The notes: generated by a model not told the origin, from the letters alone. Shown: positions 10,359 through 21,268, counted from the stretch's first letter. The stretch is 34,814 nt of DNA from Microcystaceae cyanobacterium (GCA_041746575.1 JBGTGT010000074.1:1-34814); one strand, 5' to 3'. Numbers and translations are program-made.

Positions 10359-11249
10359 TCAAAAATGACCTGACGCGACAATCATTGAGCCAATGCCCTC
10401 ATCGGTAAAAATTTCTAACAACAAGGAATGGGGTACCCGGCCATCGAGAATGTGAGCGGCCTTAACGCCTTGCGCTAGGGAGCGGACGCAGCAGTTCACT
10501 TTAGGAATCATGCCACCGGCCACAATCCCTTGATTAATTAACTCTCTGGCTTGCTGAATGGTCAATTTTGTAATTAATGTAGAAGGATCTTTATAATCTT
10601 GCAAAATTCCGGGCGTATCCGTTAACAAAATCAGCTTTTCTGCCCCCAGTGCCGCGGCAATTTCTCCGGCTACCGTATCCGCGTTGATGTTATGGGCTTG
10701 TCCGTTTTCATCGGCGGCAACACTAGAAATGACGGGAATATAACCATTGTTAACCAACGATTCTACTAATCGGGCATCAACACTGCTGACTTCGCCGACA
10801 AAGCCAATGCCTTCTGTACCCACAGGACGAGCCGTAATTAAGTTGCCATCTTTGCCACAGAGTCCGACTGCCCTTCCTCCGGCCTGATTAATCAGTGCCA
10901 CTAATTCTTTATTGACGCGTCCCACCAGTACCATTTCGACTACATCCATGGTGGGGGCATCCGTTACCCGTAAACCTTCCTTAAATTGGGGTTCAATACC
11001 CAGTTTGCCTAACCAACTATTAATTTCGGGTCCTCCCCCATGAACCACCACTGGGCGAACGCCGACGCAGGACATAAAGATAATGTCACGAATAACGCTA
11101 TCTTTGAGAGAACTCTCTTTCATCGCCGCCCCCCCATATTTCACAACCACGGTGCGGCCTTCAAAACGTTGAAGATAGGGTAAGGCTTCACTGAGAACTT
11201 GCACACGGGCGGCAGAGGCGTCTTTAATCAGATCACTTTCACTACTCAT
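10359..11249 (-). CDS. argB: Acetylglutamate kinase
   Basis: [51 protein letters not shown]. Confidence 0.98.
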   Translation of the reverse strand: MSSESDLIKDASAARVQVLSEALPYLQRFEGRTVVVKYGGAAMKESSLKDSVIRDIIFMSCVGVRPVVVHGGGPEINSWLGKLGIEPQFKEGLRVTDAPTMDVVEMVLVGRVNKELVALINQAGGRAVGLCGKDGNLITARPVGTEGIGFVGEVSSVDARLVESLVNNGYIPVISSVAADENGQAHNINADTVAGEIAAALGAEKLILLTDTPGILQDYKDPSTLITKLTIQQARELINQGIVAGGMIPKVNCCVRSLAQGVKAAHILDGRVPHSLLLEIFTDEGIGSMIVASGHF

Positions 11250-11483
11250 AAGACTTTCATTACAAAAAATTTAGAGAATCAGGGGCGTTTCCTATCGTTA
11301 TAGTTTAGCGTTGTCTGACCCGATGGAACGGTTTATTTTTAAGGAAATTCGTGAGTCCATTGGAGTCGTTACAGCTTAAGATTAGATAAAGAGCCAAATC
11401 AATAGGTTTCTCTAACTGTTTTCGCACAGCTTGCACGAAGGCAGTATATACTTAACTGTTACCGCGAATTTTCACACTGATTT

Positions 11484-11879
11484 ATGGAACTCGATTATCC
11501 CGAAGATTTACGTTATCTTGACACCCATGAATATGTCCGCGTAGAAGGAGAAATTGCCACCATCGGCATTAGTGCTTTCGCGGTGGATCAATTGGGAGAT
11601 ATTGTCTTTATTGAACTGCCCGAAATTGGCGATGCCCTTGAAGCTGAGGAAAATTTTGGCTCAATTGAATCAACGAAGGCGGTGGAAGATTTAAAAGCAC
11701 CCTTATCGGGTACAGTCATCGAACGCAATGAAATTATTACGGAATCCCCAGAATTGATTGCTGACGATCCCTATGGAGAAGGTTGGTTTCTCAAGGTTCG
11801 GGTTAATGATCCAGATGCCGTTGAAAGCGTAACCTTATCTGCGATGGAATACCGAAATCAAGTAGAAGGAGAATCTTGA
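11484..11879 (+). CDS. gcvH: Glycine cleavage system H protein
   Basis: [15 protein letters not shown], lipoyl-Lys motif IESTKAV, DPYGEGW. Confidence 0.98.
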   Translation: MELDYPEDLRYLDTHEYVRVEGEIATIGISAFAVDQLGDIVFIELPEIGDALEAEENFGSIESTKAVEDLKAPLSGTVIERNEIITESPELIADDPYGEGWFLKVRVNDPDAVESVTLSAMEYRNQVEGES

Positions 11880-11905
11880 TCATTTTCGACAAAATTCTGC
11901 AAAAT

Positions 11906-11933
11906 GGTGCGCTATAATAAGTTTTAGCGCACC
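11906..11933. promoter_or_regulatory. 9-bp perfect inverted repeat (GGTGCGCTA-N10-TAGCGCACC) overlapping TATAAT
   Basis: Seen directly, 26 nt after the gcvH stop. TATAAT at 11913-11918. No U-tract follows, so terminator versus operator is unresolved. Confidence 0.45.
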
Positions 11934-12132
11934 TCAGTCCTTAAATTTCCCCTCAAAGTCATTCCTAGGGTAGAGGTTTACCTAGATAATTTAGGAAAAA
12001 ATAGTGTGAAAAGAGTGAAAAGAGACTAAAATAAATGAAGTAAGTTTACTTTGTTTCTTGTAAGTTTCAATTATTGTCGATAACATTGATATCGTACCAA
12101 TTGGACTTGCTGCTCACACAGGAGAATCAATT

Positions 12133-12402
12133 ATGGCTATGGAAATGCAATTGATTAACATCGGTTTCGGCAATATTGTGTCCGCTAACCGAGTAATCGC
12201 CATTGTTAGTCCCGAATCTGCCCCTATTAAGCGCATCATCACTGATGCTCGTGATCGAGGTCAACTCATTGACGCAACCTACGGTCGTCGGACTCGTGCG
12301 GTAATCATTACCGATTCCAGTCACGTCGTCCTCTCGGCCATTCAACCCGAAACCGTAGCTCATCGCTTTGTCGTTCACAAAGAAACGGCCAACAGCAATT
12401 AG
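12133..12402 (+). CDS. remA: DUF370 / RemA family regulatory protein
   Basis: [28 protein letters not shown]...[34 protein letters not shown]. Lies directly upstream of gmk, as in Firmicutes. AGGAG RBS. Confidence 0.93.
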   Translation: MAMEMQLINIGFGNIVSANRVIAIVSPESAPIKRIITDARDRGQLIDATYGRRTRAVIITDSSHVVLSAIQPETVAHRFVVHKETANSN

Positions 12403-12424
12403 TTTGAATGACTGGGGGGCGTCG

Positions 12425-12991
12425 GTGGGAAAGTTAGTGGTTTTGACAGGTCCGAGCGGTGTGGGTAAAGGGACGCTAGTTAAAGCGTTGCAGTCACGCC
12501 ATCCCAAATTGTACCTCTCGATTTCTGCAACAACCCGCTCACCTCGTCCGGGGGAAGAAAACGGAAAAGCTTACTATTTCGTGACTCGTCCCCAGTTTCA
12601 ATCGTTGATTGAACAGGAATCCTTATTGGAGTGGGCAGAATACGCAGGGAACCTCTATGGAACCCCGCGCATCCCCGTCGAAGAACGTATTGCGCAAGGG
12701 CAAACCGTCCTTTTAGAAATTGAAGTTGTGGGGGCAAGGAAGATTCAGAAGACCTTCCCCACAGCTTTGCGGATCTTTATTCTACCCCCCTCGGTGGCAG
12801 AATTAGAACGACGATTACGGGGTCGGGGACAAGACAGCCCAGAGGCGATCGCTCGTCGTCTAGAGAAAGCCAGAGAGGAGTTAGCCCTACAAGCTGAATT
12901 TGACCGACAAATCGTCAATGATCACTTGGAAACTACTTTGGCAAAACTGGAAATAGCGATCTTCGGGGCTTCGTTTTCCCCATCTCCGTAA
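12425..12991 (+). CDS. gmk: Guanylate kinase
   Basis: [41 protein letters not shown]. Start is probably GTG 12425 or TTG 12404 rather than 12368. Confidence 0.96.
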   Translation: MGKLVVLTGPSGVGKGTLVKALQSRHPKLYLSISATTRSPRPGEENGKAYYFVTRPQFQSLIEQESLLEWAEYAGNLYGTPRIPVEERIAQGQTVLLEIEVVGARKIQKTFPTALRIFILPPSVAELERRLRGRGQDSPEAIARRLEKAREELALQAEFDRQIVNDHLETTLAKLEIAIFGASFSPSP

Positions 12992-13046
12992 ACAATCGTT
13001 ACAATTGAAAAAATGATAGATAAACAATTAACCCACTAACAAGGAT

Positions 13047-13667
13047 ATGATTCCTACCGTTATTGAAACGTCAGGTCGGGGCGAACGCGCCTTTGATATT
13101 TACTCTCGCTTATTGCGGGAACGCATTGTTTTTTTGGGAACAGAGGTACGGGATGACAGTGCCAACCTTATTGTGGCTCAACTGCTCTTTTTGGAGTCAG
13201 AAGACTCAGAAAAAGACATTTATCTCTATATTAACTCTCCCGGCGGTTCAGTCTCGGCAGGACTAGGAATTTTCGACACGATGAACCAGATTCGGCCGGA
13301 TGTCTGTACAATTTGTATTGGATTAGCCGCTAGTATGGGGGCTTTTCTCCTGAATGCAGGGGCAAAAGGAAAGCGGATGAGTCTGCCAAATTCTCGTATG
13401 ATGATTCACCAACCCCTTGGAGGAGCGCAAGGACAAGCGACAGATATCGAAATTCAGGCGAAGGAAATTCTCTATCTAAAGGGGTTATTAAATCATCATC
13501 TGGCTGAACGAACAGGACAACCGCTCGAGAAAATCGCCGAAGATACGGAACGGGATTTCTTTATGTCTGCTGAAGAAGCGAGAGACTATGGTTTAATTGA
13601 CCAAGTGATTAACCGTCATCCGTCTGCTAGTAATCCTCCGATTGATATGAGTCAAGCCAGTAAATAG
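13047..13667 (+). CDS. clpP: ATP-dependent Clp protease proteolytic subunit
   Basis: [23 protein letters not shown], catalytic Ser in AASMG, His in [13 protein letters not shown]. Confidence 0.98.
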   Translation: MIPTVIETSGRGERAFDIYSRLLRERIVFLGTEVRDDSANLIVAQLLFLESEDSEKDIYLYINSPGGSVSAGLGIFDTMNQIRPDVCTICIGLAASMGAFLLNAGAKGKRMSLPNSRMMIHQPLGGAQGQATDIEIQAKEILYLKGLLNHHLAERTGQPLEKIAEDTERDFFMSAEEARDYGLIDQVINRHPSASNPPIDMSQASK

Positions 13668-13670
13668 ATA

Positions 13671-13723
13671 AGGAAGTGAGGAAATAAACAAATAATTCTC
13701 TTTACTTCCTCATTTCTTTTTTT
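13671..13723. terminator. Probable intrinsic terminator between convergent clpP and dxr
   Basis: AGGAAGTGAG...TTTACTTCCT stem (with G-U pairs) followed by a T-rich tract, immediately after the clpP stop. Confidence 0.5.
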
Positions 13724-13753
13724 GTTGTTTTAGAACTTGTTCGAAAGTCGTTT

Positions 13754-14950
13754 TTAACGTAGAGATATCACGGTATTTTCTTTGCCTAATGATTCACTAT
13801 ATTCCAATACCACTTGCCTTGCCCATTGATCAGCGTTTAAAATATCTTCTAAGGCAGGCGTCAATGTATTTTGGGGAATAAAACATTCACAGGTTTTCTC
13901 AATTAAACGGGGAATATCAAGAAAAGCAATCTTTTCATCTAAAAATAAGGCCACTGCCGCTTCATTCGCCGCATTTAGAACCGCCGGCATCGCACCGCCT
14001 TCTCTTCCCGCATTATAAGCCAATTGCATGCAAGGATATTTATAATGATCGGGTTCACAGAAGGTCAAATTCCCTGCCTTAACGAGATCGAGAGTTTCCC
14101 AGTTTGTATAAATGCGTTCTGGCCATGAAAGTGCATATAAAAGGGGTAAACGCATATCTGGCCAGCCTAATTGCGCTAAAACTGAGGTATCTTGTAACTC
14201 AATCAGCGAGTGAATAATACTTTGAGGATGAATAACAATATCAATTGCATCATAGTCCATTTCAAAGAGATAATGCGCCTCAATGACTTCTAAGCCTTTA
14301 TTCATTAAAGTTGCTGAATCGACCGTTATTTTGCGTCCCATTGACCAATTAGGGTGTTTTAGAGCATCTTGTACGGTAACAAGCGGTAATTTTTCGGCCG
14401 GCCAATCTCGGAATGCACCCCCTGAGGCAGTTAGGATAATCCGTCTTAATCCCCCTTCCGGCACCCCTTGTAAACACTGAAAAATAGCAGAATGTTCTGA
14501 ATCGGCCGGCAATAGTTTAATTCCGTGTTTTTTCACTAAAGGAAGCACAATAGTCCCCCCAGCAATTAACGTTTCTTTATTGGCTAAAGCAATGTCTTTT
14601 CCCGCTTCAATTGCCGCTAAGGTAGGTAATAATCCGGCGCATCCGACAATCCCTGTTACCACGCTTTCTGAGTTGCCGTGTCGTGCTACTTCTACTACGC
14701 CTTCTTCCCCTGCAAGAATAATGGGGGAATAATCCAAGTCAGTTAAGCTTTCTTTGAGAGGTTTAAGCTGATTTTGATCTTGAATTGCCACGATTTCTGG
14801 GCGAAATTGACGAATTTGCTGAGAAAAAAGAGAAATATTTTGGCCGGTAGCTAAACCCACTATTTGAAATTGAGCGGGGTATTGCGCAACAATATCAAGG
14901 GTTTGTGTCCCAATTGAACCAGTAGAACCAAGCAGAGTAATGCGCTTCAC
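13754..14950 (-). CDS. dxr: 1-deoxy-D-xylulose-5-phosphate reductoisomerase
   Basis: [57 protein letters not shown]. Confidence 0.98.
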   Translation of the reverse strand: MKRITLLGSTGSIGTQTLDIVAQYPAQFQIVGLATGQNISLFSQQIRQFRPEIVAIQDQNQLKPLKESLTDLDYSPIILAGEEGVVEVARHGNSESVVTGIVGCAGLLPTLAAIEAGKDIALANKETLIAGGTIVLPLVKKHGIKLLPADSEHSAIFQCLQGVPEGGLRRIILTASGGAFRDWPAEKLPLVTVQDALKHPNWSMGRKITVDSATLMNKGLEVIEAHYLFEMDYDAIDIVIHPQSIIHSLIELQDTSVLAQLGWPDMRLPLLYALSWPERIYTNWETLDLVKAGNLTFCEPDHYKYPCMQLAYNAGREGGAMPAVLNAANEAAVALFLDEKIAFLDIPRLIEKTCECFIPQNTLTPALEDILNADQWARQVVLEYSESLGKENTVISLR

Positions 14951-15210
14951 AATGTTTTCAGGGAGTAAAAGGTCATTTGCTACTATACCAGACTGCAGAA
15001 TTGAGAATGCCCTCGTTCGTTAAATTTTTGAGATACTGTACCTTAAAAGCGCAAATCAAAATTTAAGCAATACAATTTCAAGAAACTGAGATTAACAGGC
15101 GTTTTTATAGCCAAAATACTGGCATTAATCTCAAGAAACGCTATTTTGCATTTCGGATTTTCTATGATATTCTCAAAAAGCTTGATTAAATAAGCTGACA
15201 CGAAAGTTTT

Positions 15211-16170
15211 ATGCAAAATAATCAGATAAAGCGACCTTTTTTTATCGGCATTGGTGCGCAAAAAGCAGGAACGACTTGGCTATATCAAAAACTTCATAGA
15301 CATCCTCAAATTTGGGTTCCCCCAGAGAAAGAACTTCACTTTTTTGATCGTTCGCCTCACTATCCTAGTCCCAATCAATTAGCAACGTCCTCCCCATGGA
15401 CGAGATTAATTGGCAAACAACCTTGGGAAATGGACAGAACAATCAAGCTGAGCGCACAGCTCATTTATAGAATAATGAGAAGGAAAATTAAAACGACCTT
15501 CTGGTATTGCCAATGGACTTTTGGTTATTATGATGACAACTGGTATGTTGATCTTTTTTCCCAAGCTCAGACTGATCAAATAATGGGTGAGATCACTCCT
15601 TCTTACTCCATCTTAGAAAACGAAGATATCGCTCACCTTTCAGCGATTAACCCCGACATAAAGTTGATTTTTATGCTACGCAACCCAATTGATCGGGCTT
15701 GGTCTGCCGTTCGCTTTTATAATGATAAAAACCCAACTAAACAGGTGAATTCAAGCGATGAAATGGTCTCTTTATTAAAAACACCTGATATGGTCTTGCG
15801 GGGCGATTATGAACGAACCCTTAATAATTACTTAAATCATTTTGATTCCTCACAGATTTTAATGGGTTTTTATGACGCAATTATTGCTGATCCCTCTGGG
15901 CTGCTATCAGGTATCGCAAACTTTCTAGAAGTCGCTCCGTTCCAAGATAAGGTACTCAGTAATAAAACACGGGTTAATCAGTCGTCCCCTCTGCCAATGC
16001 CCGGTGAGGTGAAGGATTATCTATGGGAAACCTATACCCCTATGATTGAGAGACTCGCTAAGAACTTAGGAAGCTATGCAACGACGTGGCAAAATTCAGA
16101 AAGCGGGGATACTCCTAAATTCCTCTCTCCTTATACCCACTCAAAGCCTCTTCCGGTCGTTCATCCGTAA
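15211..16170 (+). CDS. PAPS-dependent sulfotransferase family protein
   Basis: 5'-PSB motif IGAQKAGTTWL, KELHFF, GEITPSY and 3'-PB motif LRNPIDRAWS. Confidence 0.88.
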   Translation: MQNNQIKRPFFIGIGAQKAGTTWLYQKLHRHPQIWVPPEKELHFFDRSPHYPSPNQLATSSPWTRLIGKQPWEMDRTIKLSAQLIYRIMRRKIKTTFWYCQWTFGYYDDNWYVDLFSQAQTDQIMGEITPSYSILENEDIAHLSAINPDIKLIFMLRNPIDRAWSAVRFYNDKNPTKQVNSSDEMVSLLKTPDMVLRGDYERTLNNYLNHFDSSQILMGFYDAIIADPSGLLSGIANFLEVAPFQDKVLSNKTRVNQSSPLPMPGEVKDYLWETYTPMIERLAKNLGSYATTWQNSESGDTPKFLSPYTHSKPLPVVHP

Positions 16171-16351
16171 ATTGAAAAGAGTTTAGGGCTATCATTTCGT
16201 CTAACTGATCTGCTGGTAAGTCCTTAATAACAGGACGAAAAGAGCCGGCATTTGGAGTCTTCTTGAGGAATAACGCCATCATGCCCCAGAAAATTAAGGC
16301 CTTACCACTGCCGGCTTCTGTGGTGCTAATATAGAGAAAATTAGTGGTCAT
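16169..16351 (-). pseudogene. pta: 5' remnant of phosphate acetyltransferase (BioD-like N-terminal domain of class II Pta)
   Basis: MTTNFLYISTTEAGSGKALIFWGMMALFLKKTPNAGSFRPVI resembles the start of cyanobacterial long-form Pta as I recall it (LYLSTTEARSGKS...LKKT....FRPII). Only about 60 codons of a roughly 700-aa protein remain. Confidence 0.72.
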
Positions 16352-16411
16352 TTGAGTAACCATCAATCGTTTTTAACCCCTCATACTTAGCCTCTAATTT
16401 TTCTGCTTAGC

Positions 16412-16663
16412 TTAGGCTGTCTTTTGCCAAGAGTGTTGAAGGTAGTTGTCCGATTTTTTCTCTGATTCTGAAGACGTGATGAGGGTCAATTTTCCGGAAG
16501 CTAAGGTATGTTCTAAGTTTTGTAAAATCTCAATACTTTGATTGACATTGGCGGTAACTTGGCTTATGCAATTAGACCATTCTGATTCAGTTTGTTCATA
16601 ATGAACCGTTTTTTCTAAAAGAGCGAGGGCGGTTTGGAGTTCTGTTAAAGCTTGATTCAACAT
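16412..16663 (-). CDS. Hypothetical 83-aa helical protein
   Basis: ATG-initiated ORF filling an otherwise empty interval, amphipathic helix pattern, same strand as the pta remnant. No family recognised. Confidence 0.55.
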   Translation of the reverse strand: MLNQALTELQTALALLEKTVHYEQTESEWSNCISQVTANVNQSIEILQNLEHTLASGKLTLITSSESEKKSDNYLQHSWQKTA

Positions 16664-17072
16664 AGGGCAAATCTAAGAAAAAATTAAAGGTTTCAGTGAG
16701 CGGAAAATTCTTTTTAGGTTAAGAAGTTCCCCTAAGTTATTGACAATTTAACATCTTTCTTTACGTTAGGTGAAATTCTTTTAGAAAAGTTTATATTTGC
16801 ACAGATTATTTAACAAAGATAAACTTTAAATCATAGAAGAAACTTATTTTATAAATCTAAAGAAAAGATTATATTTTTTAGCTCAGAAAAACTTAACTGA
16901 CAGTACAGTTAAGAAGAACAAGATTGAGCAAACTGTACTGGGTTGTTTTCGACCGTCTCAACGAACCTATGAGCTTTGACAATTCGTCATGACGTGTGGA
17001 AGAGGAGATATAATTTTGGGACAATCCGTTATGATTAAACATTGTCAATGATTATGGAAAAAAGAGGCTATC

Positions 17073-18530
17073 GTGACGGTTAGAGTACGCATTGCACCGA
17101 GTCCGACGGGAAACTTACACATTGGGACAGCAAGAACGGCAGTATTTAACTGGTTATTTGCTCGTAATATGGAGGGAACTTTTATTTTGCGGGTAGAAGA
17201 TACTGATCAAGAACGTTCACGCCCAGAATATACCGAAAACATTCAATCTGGACTGCAATGGTTAGGGTTAAAGTGGGATGAAGGACCTTTCTACCAAACC
17301 CAACGCCTCGATCTTTATCGTCAAGCTATTCAAACATTATTAGATAAAGGATTCGCTTATCCTTGCTATTGTACGCCAGAAGAACTAGAACAGATGAGAG
17401 AAGCTCAGAAAGCGAAAAATCAAGCTCCTCGCTACGATAACCGTCATCGTTCTTTAACCGAAGAACAACGGCAAGCCTTTAAAAACGAAGGAAGAAAGCC
17501 CGTTATTCGCTTTAAAATTGAAGATAGCCGTGAAATTGTCTGGAATGATCTTGTTAGAGACAAAATGGTCTGGAAAGGGAACGACCTTGGCGGCGATATG
17601 GTCATTGCTCGAACCCCAGAAACAGAGGGAGCAGCTTTTGGTCAACCCTTGTATAATTTAGCGGTGGTGGTCGATGATATTGAGATGAAAATCAGCCATG
17701 TCATCCGAGGGGAGGATCATATTGCTAACACAGCCAAGCAAATCTTACTTTATGAGGCACTGAGCGCAAGTGTTCCCGAATTTGCTCACACACCCTTAAT
17801 TTTGAATAAAGATGGCCGTAAGCTCTCCAAACGAGATGGCGTTACTTCTATTGATGATTTTAGAAAAATGGGCTTTCTGCCGCAAGCGATGGCAAATTAC
17901 ATGACCTTATTAGGTTGGACTCCCCCAGACTCAACTCAAGAGATTTTTACGCTGTCCGAAGCCGCTACCCTGTTTAGTTTAGACCGAGTGAATAAAGCTG
18001 GAGCAAAATTCGACTGGGATAAGTTAGATTGGTTAAATCGTCAATATTTACACCAATTATCGTCGTCTGAATTAGTCGAATTATTAGTCCCCTATTGGCA
18101 AGAAGCAGAATATTCAGTAGATCTAGCACAAGATCGAGAATGGTTAGAAGAATTAACAGCTTTGATTGCGCCTAGCTTAACCCGTCTCAGTGATGCGGTC
18201 ACAGAAAGCCATTTACTTTTTGGAGAAACAGTGACTTATACCGAAAAAGCGATCGCTCAATTGCGACAAGACGGCATTCAAGACCTTTTACAGACGATTT
18301 TACAAGAAAGTCAAGGGAGAAAGACGTTAAGTGAAGCAGAAGCCAAGAAAATTATTGATGAGGTCACGAAAAGCCAAAATCTTAAGAAAGGGGTCGTGAT
18401 GAAATCCTTACGTGCTGGACTAATGGGGGATTTACAAGGACCCGATTTAATGCAATCTTGGCAATTATTACATCAAAAACAATGGGATATCAGCCGTTTA
18501 CAAGGGGCGTTGGCTCAGCTTTCCCCCTAG
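17073..18530 (+). CDS. gltX: Glutamate--tRNA ligase
   Basis: [13 protein letters not shown] (HIGH-like), [13 protein letters not shown]. Confidence 0.98.
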   Translation: MTVRVRIAPSPTGNLHIGTARTAVFNWLFARNMEGTFILRVEDTDQERSRPEYTENIQSGLQWLGLKWDEGPFYQTQRLDLYRQAIQTLLDKGFAYPCYCTPEELEQMREAQKAKNQAPRYDNRHRSLTEEQRQAFKNEGRKPVIRFKIEDSREIVWNDLVRDKMVWKGNDLGGDMVIARTPETEGAAFGQPLYNLAVVVDDIEMKISHVIRGEDHIANTAKQILLYEALSASVPEFAHTPLILNKDGRKLSKRDGVTSIDDFRKMGFLPQAMANYMTLLGWTPPDSTQEIFTLSEAATLFSLDRVNKAGAKFDWDKLDWLNRQYLHQLSSSELVELLVPYWQEAEYSVDLAQDREWLEELTALIAPSLTRLSDAVTESHLLFGETVTYTEKAIAQLRQDGIQDLLQTILQESQGRKTLSEAEAKKIIDEVTKSQNLKKGVVMKSLRAGLMGDLQGPDLMQSWQLLHQKQWDISRLQGALAQLSP

Positions 18531-18619
18531 GTCATCTGAGTCATTCAGTGTAACATGGACATTTGTCTAAGTTTATCAGAACGGTTTACCATAGAAGAGA
18601 GTCAGAAACGCGAGGAATA

Positions 18620-19519
18620 ATGGTTAATTTCGGGTTAAACTCAGCAAGTATTTTAGGCATCTTTTTAGCGGTGGCCGGCGCAGGATTGTATTTTTTGCGG
18701 TCAATCCGTCCTGAACTAGCAAGAGACCACGATATCTTTTTCGCCGCCGTGGGTTTGCTGTGTGGCTTAATCTTACTTTTTCAGGGATGGCGACTAGATC
18801 CAATTCTACAATTTGGTCAATTCCTATTAACAGGGTCAGCCATCTTTTTTGCGGTTGAAAGTATTCGTCTGCGGGGAGCTACCGTTGAACAAGCGAAACG
18901 GGGTGGGTCTTATGTTGATCGCGATCGCCCTGTTAGTCGCACTAGCGTTTATACTGAGGCAGAATTGGACGAAATCGAGCCTTACAACGAAGAACCTAAC
19001 TACGATAGTCCCCGCCTTCAAGGATATACCGATCCCCGCAGTCCTCGGCGTTCCCGTGTGGAAAGTGACCCCCCCCGCAGTTCGAGTTCTCGTCGTCGTC
19101 CGCCTTCTGAGACTTATGGGACAGAGGAGAATTATCGTTCTCGCCGCCCTCGGCCTTCAAACCCCCGATCTCGGACAGATTCTCGGGAAGATCCCTCAGA
19201 TATGTGGGAAGAGCCTTCTCCCTCTCGGCGTCGTCCTCCCACCCGTCCAGATAGTGATTATTCTGAAGAAAGAGAGCAAAAACCCCAAAAACGCCGCTCT
19301 CGCTCCGCGCCACCGAGTTATGATAACTACTATCCCGACGCTGAAGTGACACCCGTTGATTACGTTGATTATCAACCCGTAGATGAGTCTGATCCTCCCG
19401 ATAGTGAAGATGATTGGGACGAACCGACTCCCCCTTCTCGTCCTGAACCCCCGAATCGTAATTATCCGCGGGAAGAAGACGAAACCAGTAATGATCCTCC
19501 TATTCGCTTTGATTATTAA
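18620..19519 (+). CDS. ycf66: Ycf66 family protein with long low-complexity R/S/P/D-rich tail
   Basis: MVNFGLNSASILG...LYFLRSIRPELARDHDIFFAAVGLLCGLILLFQGWRLDPILQFGQ. ATG 18620 follows GAGG. Confidence 0.92.
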   Translation: MVNFGLNSASILGIFLAVAGAGLYFLRSIRPELARDHDIFFAAVGLLCGLILLFQGWRLDPILQFGQFLLTGSAIFFAVESIRLRGATVEQAKRGGSYVDRDRPVSRTSVYTEAELDEIEPYNEEPNYDSPRLQGYTDPRSPRRSRVESDPPRSSSSRRRPPSETYGTEENYRSRRPRPSNPRSRTDSREDPSDMWEEPSPSRRRPPTRPDSDYSEEREQKPQKRRSRSAPPSYDNYYPDAEVTPVDYVDYQPVDESDPPDSEDDWDEPTPPSRPEPPNRNYPREEDETSNDPPIRFDY

Positions 19520-19522
19520 AGA

Positions 19523-20062
19523 ATGCGGCAGTTTTATTGGGGAGTTTGGCTAACTTTAGCCTATTTTCTTACTGCTTGTAACTTGATTGAGCGTCCCCAA
19601 GCTCCTGCTACCCTCAATAGTCGTTACAATGATGAACAGCCTACTCTCAGCGGCAATGGACGTTGGCTGGCGTTTGTCTCTAACCGCAATGGCAGTCGGG
19701 AGATTTGGTTATATGATTTACGTTTTCAGAAATTTGAGGCAATATCAGGGGTAAACCGGAGCGATACGGTGGCAGAAAGTCCCAGTCTCAGTCAAACAGG
19801 ACGTTACTTGGTCTATATGGCTAGTTTGGATGGAAGACCGCAGATGGTTCTCTATGACCGTGCCACGAAACGAGGCGAACTTTTGTTGCAAAATTACCGC
19901 ACGTGGGTCAGAAATCCGCAAATTAGCCCCGATGGTCGTTACATTGTCTTTGAAACCTCCCGTCGCGGTCAATGGGATATTGAAGTCTTAGATAGAGGCG
20001 ATCGCATTGAATTGGATATTCCCGAAGGAACACCCATACAAGACCCTAATTTACGCCCCTAA
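19523..20062 (+). CDS. TolB-like PD40 repeat lipoprotein
   Basis: Lipobox LTAC. Three PD40 repeats (PTLSGNGRWLAFVSNR, PSLSQTGRYLVY, PQISPDGRYIVF). Starts 3 nt after ycf66. Confidence 0.85.
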   Translation: MRQFYWGVWLTLAYFLTACNLIERPQAPATLNSRYNDEQPTLSGNGRWLAFVSNRNGSREIWLYDLRFQKFEAISGVNRSDTVAESPSLSQTGRYLVYMASLDGRPQMVLYDRATKRGELLLQNYRTWVRNPQISPDGRYIVFETSRRGQWDIEVLDRGDRIELDIPEGTPIQDPNLRP

Positions 20063-20126
20063 AAAAACCTTTAAGCAATTTAGAAGCATTAAGCTTAATT
20101 TTGAGCTAAAAAACGTTATTTTACCT

Positions 20127-21119
20127 TTAATTAAGCATTTTTTCTGAACGGTCAAAAGACAAACGATTTACCTTCAATGGTTGCTCACAGCGAATTGCTC
20201 GAAACATTCCGAAGCGGCAAAGTCCAACCCCAAAGGCGAGACGCATTAATAATAGAGTAGGAACTTCTCTAACTGATTTAATAAAGCCCGATACTCCAAA
20301 GCGAATTAGCCCGTCTGGCCGAATAATTCCTTGCCAAATCGAATCCAACCAAGAAGGGAGGGTTTCCTGTGTCCAATCAGCCGTTATAACGTCACCTTTT
20401 ACAAATCCTGTTTCTTCTAAGTGTTCAGCAAAGCCTTCAATGCTCGAAAAGGCGGGATGAGACCATTGATCTAAAAGTTGACGCATTACGATTTTTTCCC
20501 AGAAATTTAAGGGTTTTTGACGATCATCTCGTTGATTCCAGTCTGCAACCACTAGGACACCCTCCGGCTTGAGTACCCGCATCATTTCTCTAGCATAAAG
20601 GGCTTTATCGGGCATATGAGGACCCGCTTCAATTGACCACACAATATCAAAGCTGGCATCAGGAAAAGAAAGATTGAGGGCATCGTCTACTTTAAATTCG
20701 GCAGTAACATCTTCAGTCGTTAATTCTTGAGCGCGTTTGACCTGTTCTGGACTAATAGTTATTCCCGTGACGGAAAACCCGTAATCTTTTGCGAGAATGC
20801 GACTACTGCCACCAATACCACACCCAACATCTAATACGGTTGTTCCTTTAGGAAATTGTTCTAATTGACCCCATTTCACCATTTCATGCACAAAATCTAC
20901 CTTTGCTTCGATAAAATCTTTAGGCTGAGGAGGTAAGCCATAATGCCCTAAATGAATGTGTTCACCCCAATAAAATTCCAGAATACCGTCTTCTGTCCAT
21001 TGGTCATAGGAATTGGCCACTGATGCGGCAGACTCATAACGACGGGCAGTCAATAAATAGATAATGAGTCCTAGGATTAGGACGAGGACAATAAAAATCA
21101 AAAGATAAAGGAAATTCAT
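20127..21119 (-). CDS. 2-methyl-6-phytyl/solanyl-1,4-benzoquinol methyltransferase (Sll0418 type; tocopherol/plastoquinone pathway)
   Basis: N-terminal TM segment, SVANSYDQWTEDGILE.YWGEHIHLGHYG, VLDVGCGIGGSSR, EAGPHMPDK, QLLDQWSHPAF, closely matching Synechocystis Sll0418 as recalled. Confidence 0.88.
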   Translation of the reverse strand: MNFLYLLIFIVLVLILGLIIYLLTARRYESAASVANSYDQWTEDGILEFYWGEHIHLGHYGLPPQPKDFIEAKVDFVHEMVKWGQLEQFPKGTTVLDVGCGIGGSSRILAKDYGFSVTGITISPEQVKRAQELTTEDVTAEFKVDDALNLSFPDASFDIVWSIEAGPHMPDKALYAREMMRVLKPEGVLVVADWNQRDDRQKPLNFWEKIVMRQLLDQWSHPAFSSIEGFAEHLEETGFVKGDVITADWTQETLPSWLDSIWQGIIRPDGLIRFGVSGFIKSVREVPTLLLMRLAFGVGLCRFGMFRAIRCEQPLKVNRLSFDRSEKMLN

Positions 21120-21244
21120 AAATATTGTTCAATAATAAATGATTAAGTAGAAATTTTCTATTTTAACCGAATATTTAAAGGCTAACATAGTTCTTGATCT
21201 CTGACAAGTTCCCCGTATTGTATCGTGTATCCTCCCAATTGATG

Positions 21245-21268
21245 GTAGGGGATGCAAGGTTTGCGTCC
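21245..21268. repeat. REP-like palindrome copy 2 (GTAGGGGATGCAA-GGT-TTGCGTCC)
   Basis: Same core as copy 1, with a 5' GTAG. Intergenic, downstream of lnt. Confidence 0.55.

Noticed and set aside
12988..13002. NtcA-like GTA...TAC upstream of clpP
   Set aside because: Spacer is 9 nt (GTAaacaatcgtTAC), not the canonical 8. I also saw no canonical NtcA site upstream of glsA or argB.
15043..15261. 72-aa minus-strand ORF upstream of dxr
   Set aside because: Overlaps the sulfotransferase start, AT-rich, no motif; likely spurious.
16976..17014. TTGACA and TATAAT upstream of gltX
   Set aside because: The hexamers are 27 nt apart, incompatible with a single sigma70 promoter.
18836..19352. Alternative-frame and antisense ORFs (166, 118 and 61 aa) inside ycf66
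   Set aside because: Explained by the GC-rich low-complexity ycf66 tail, which is poor in stop codons.
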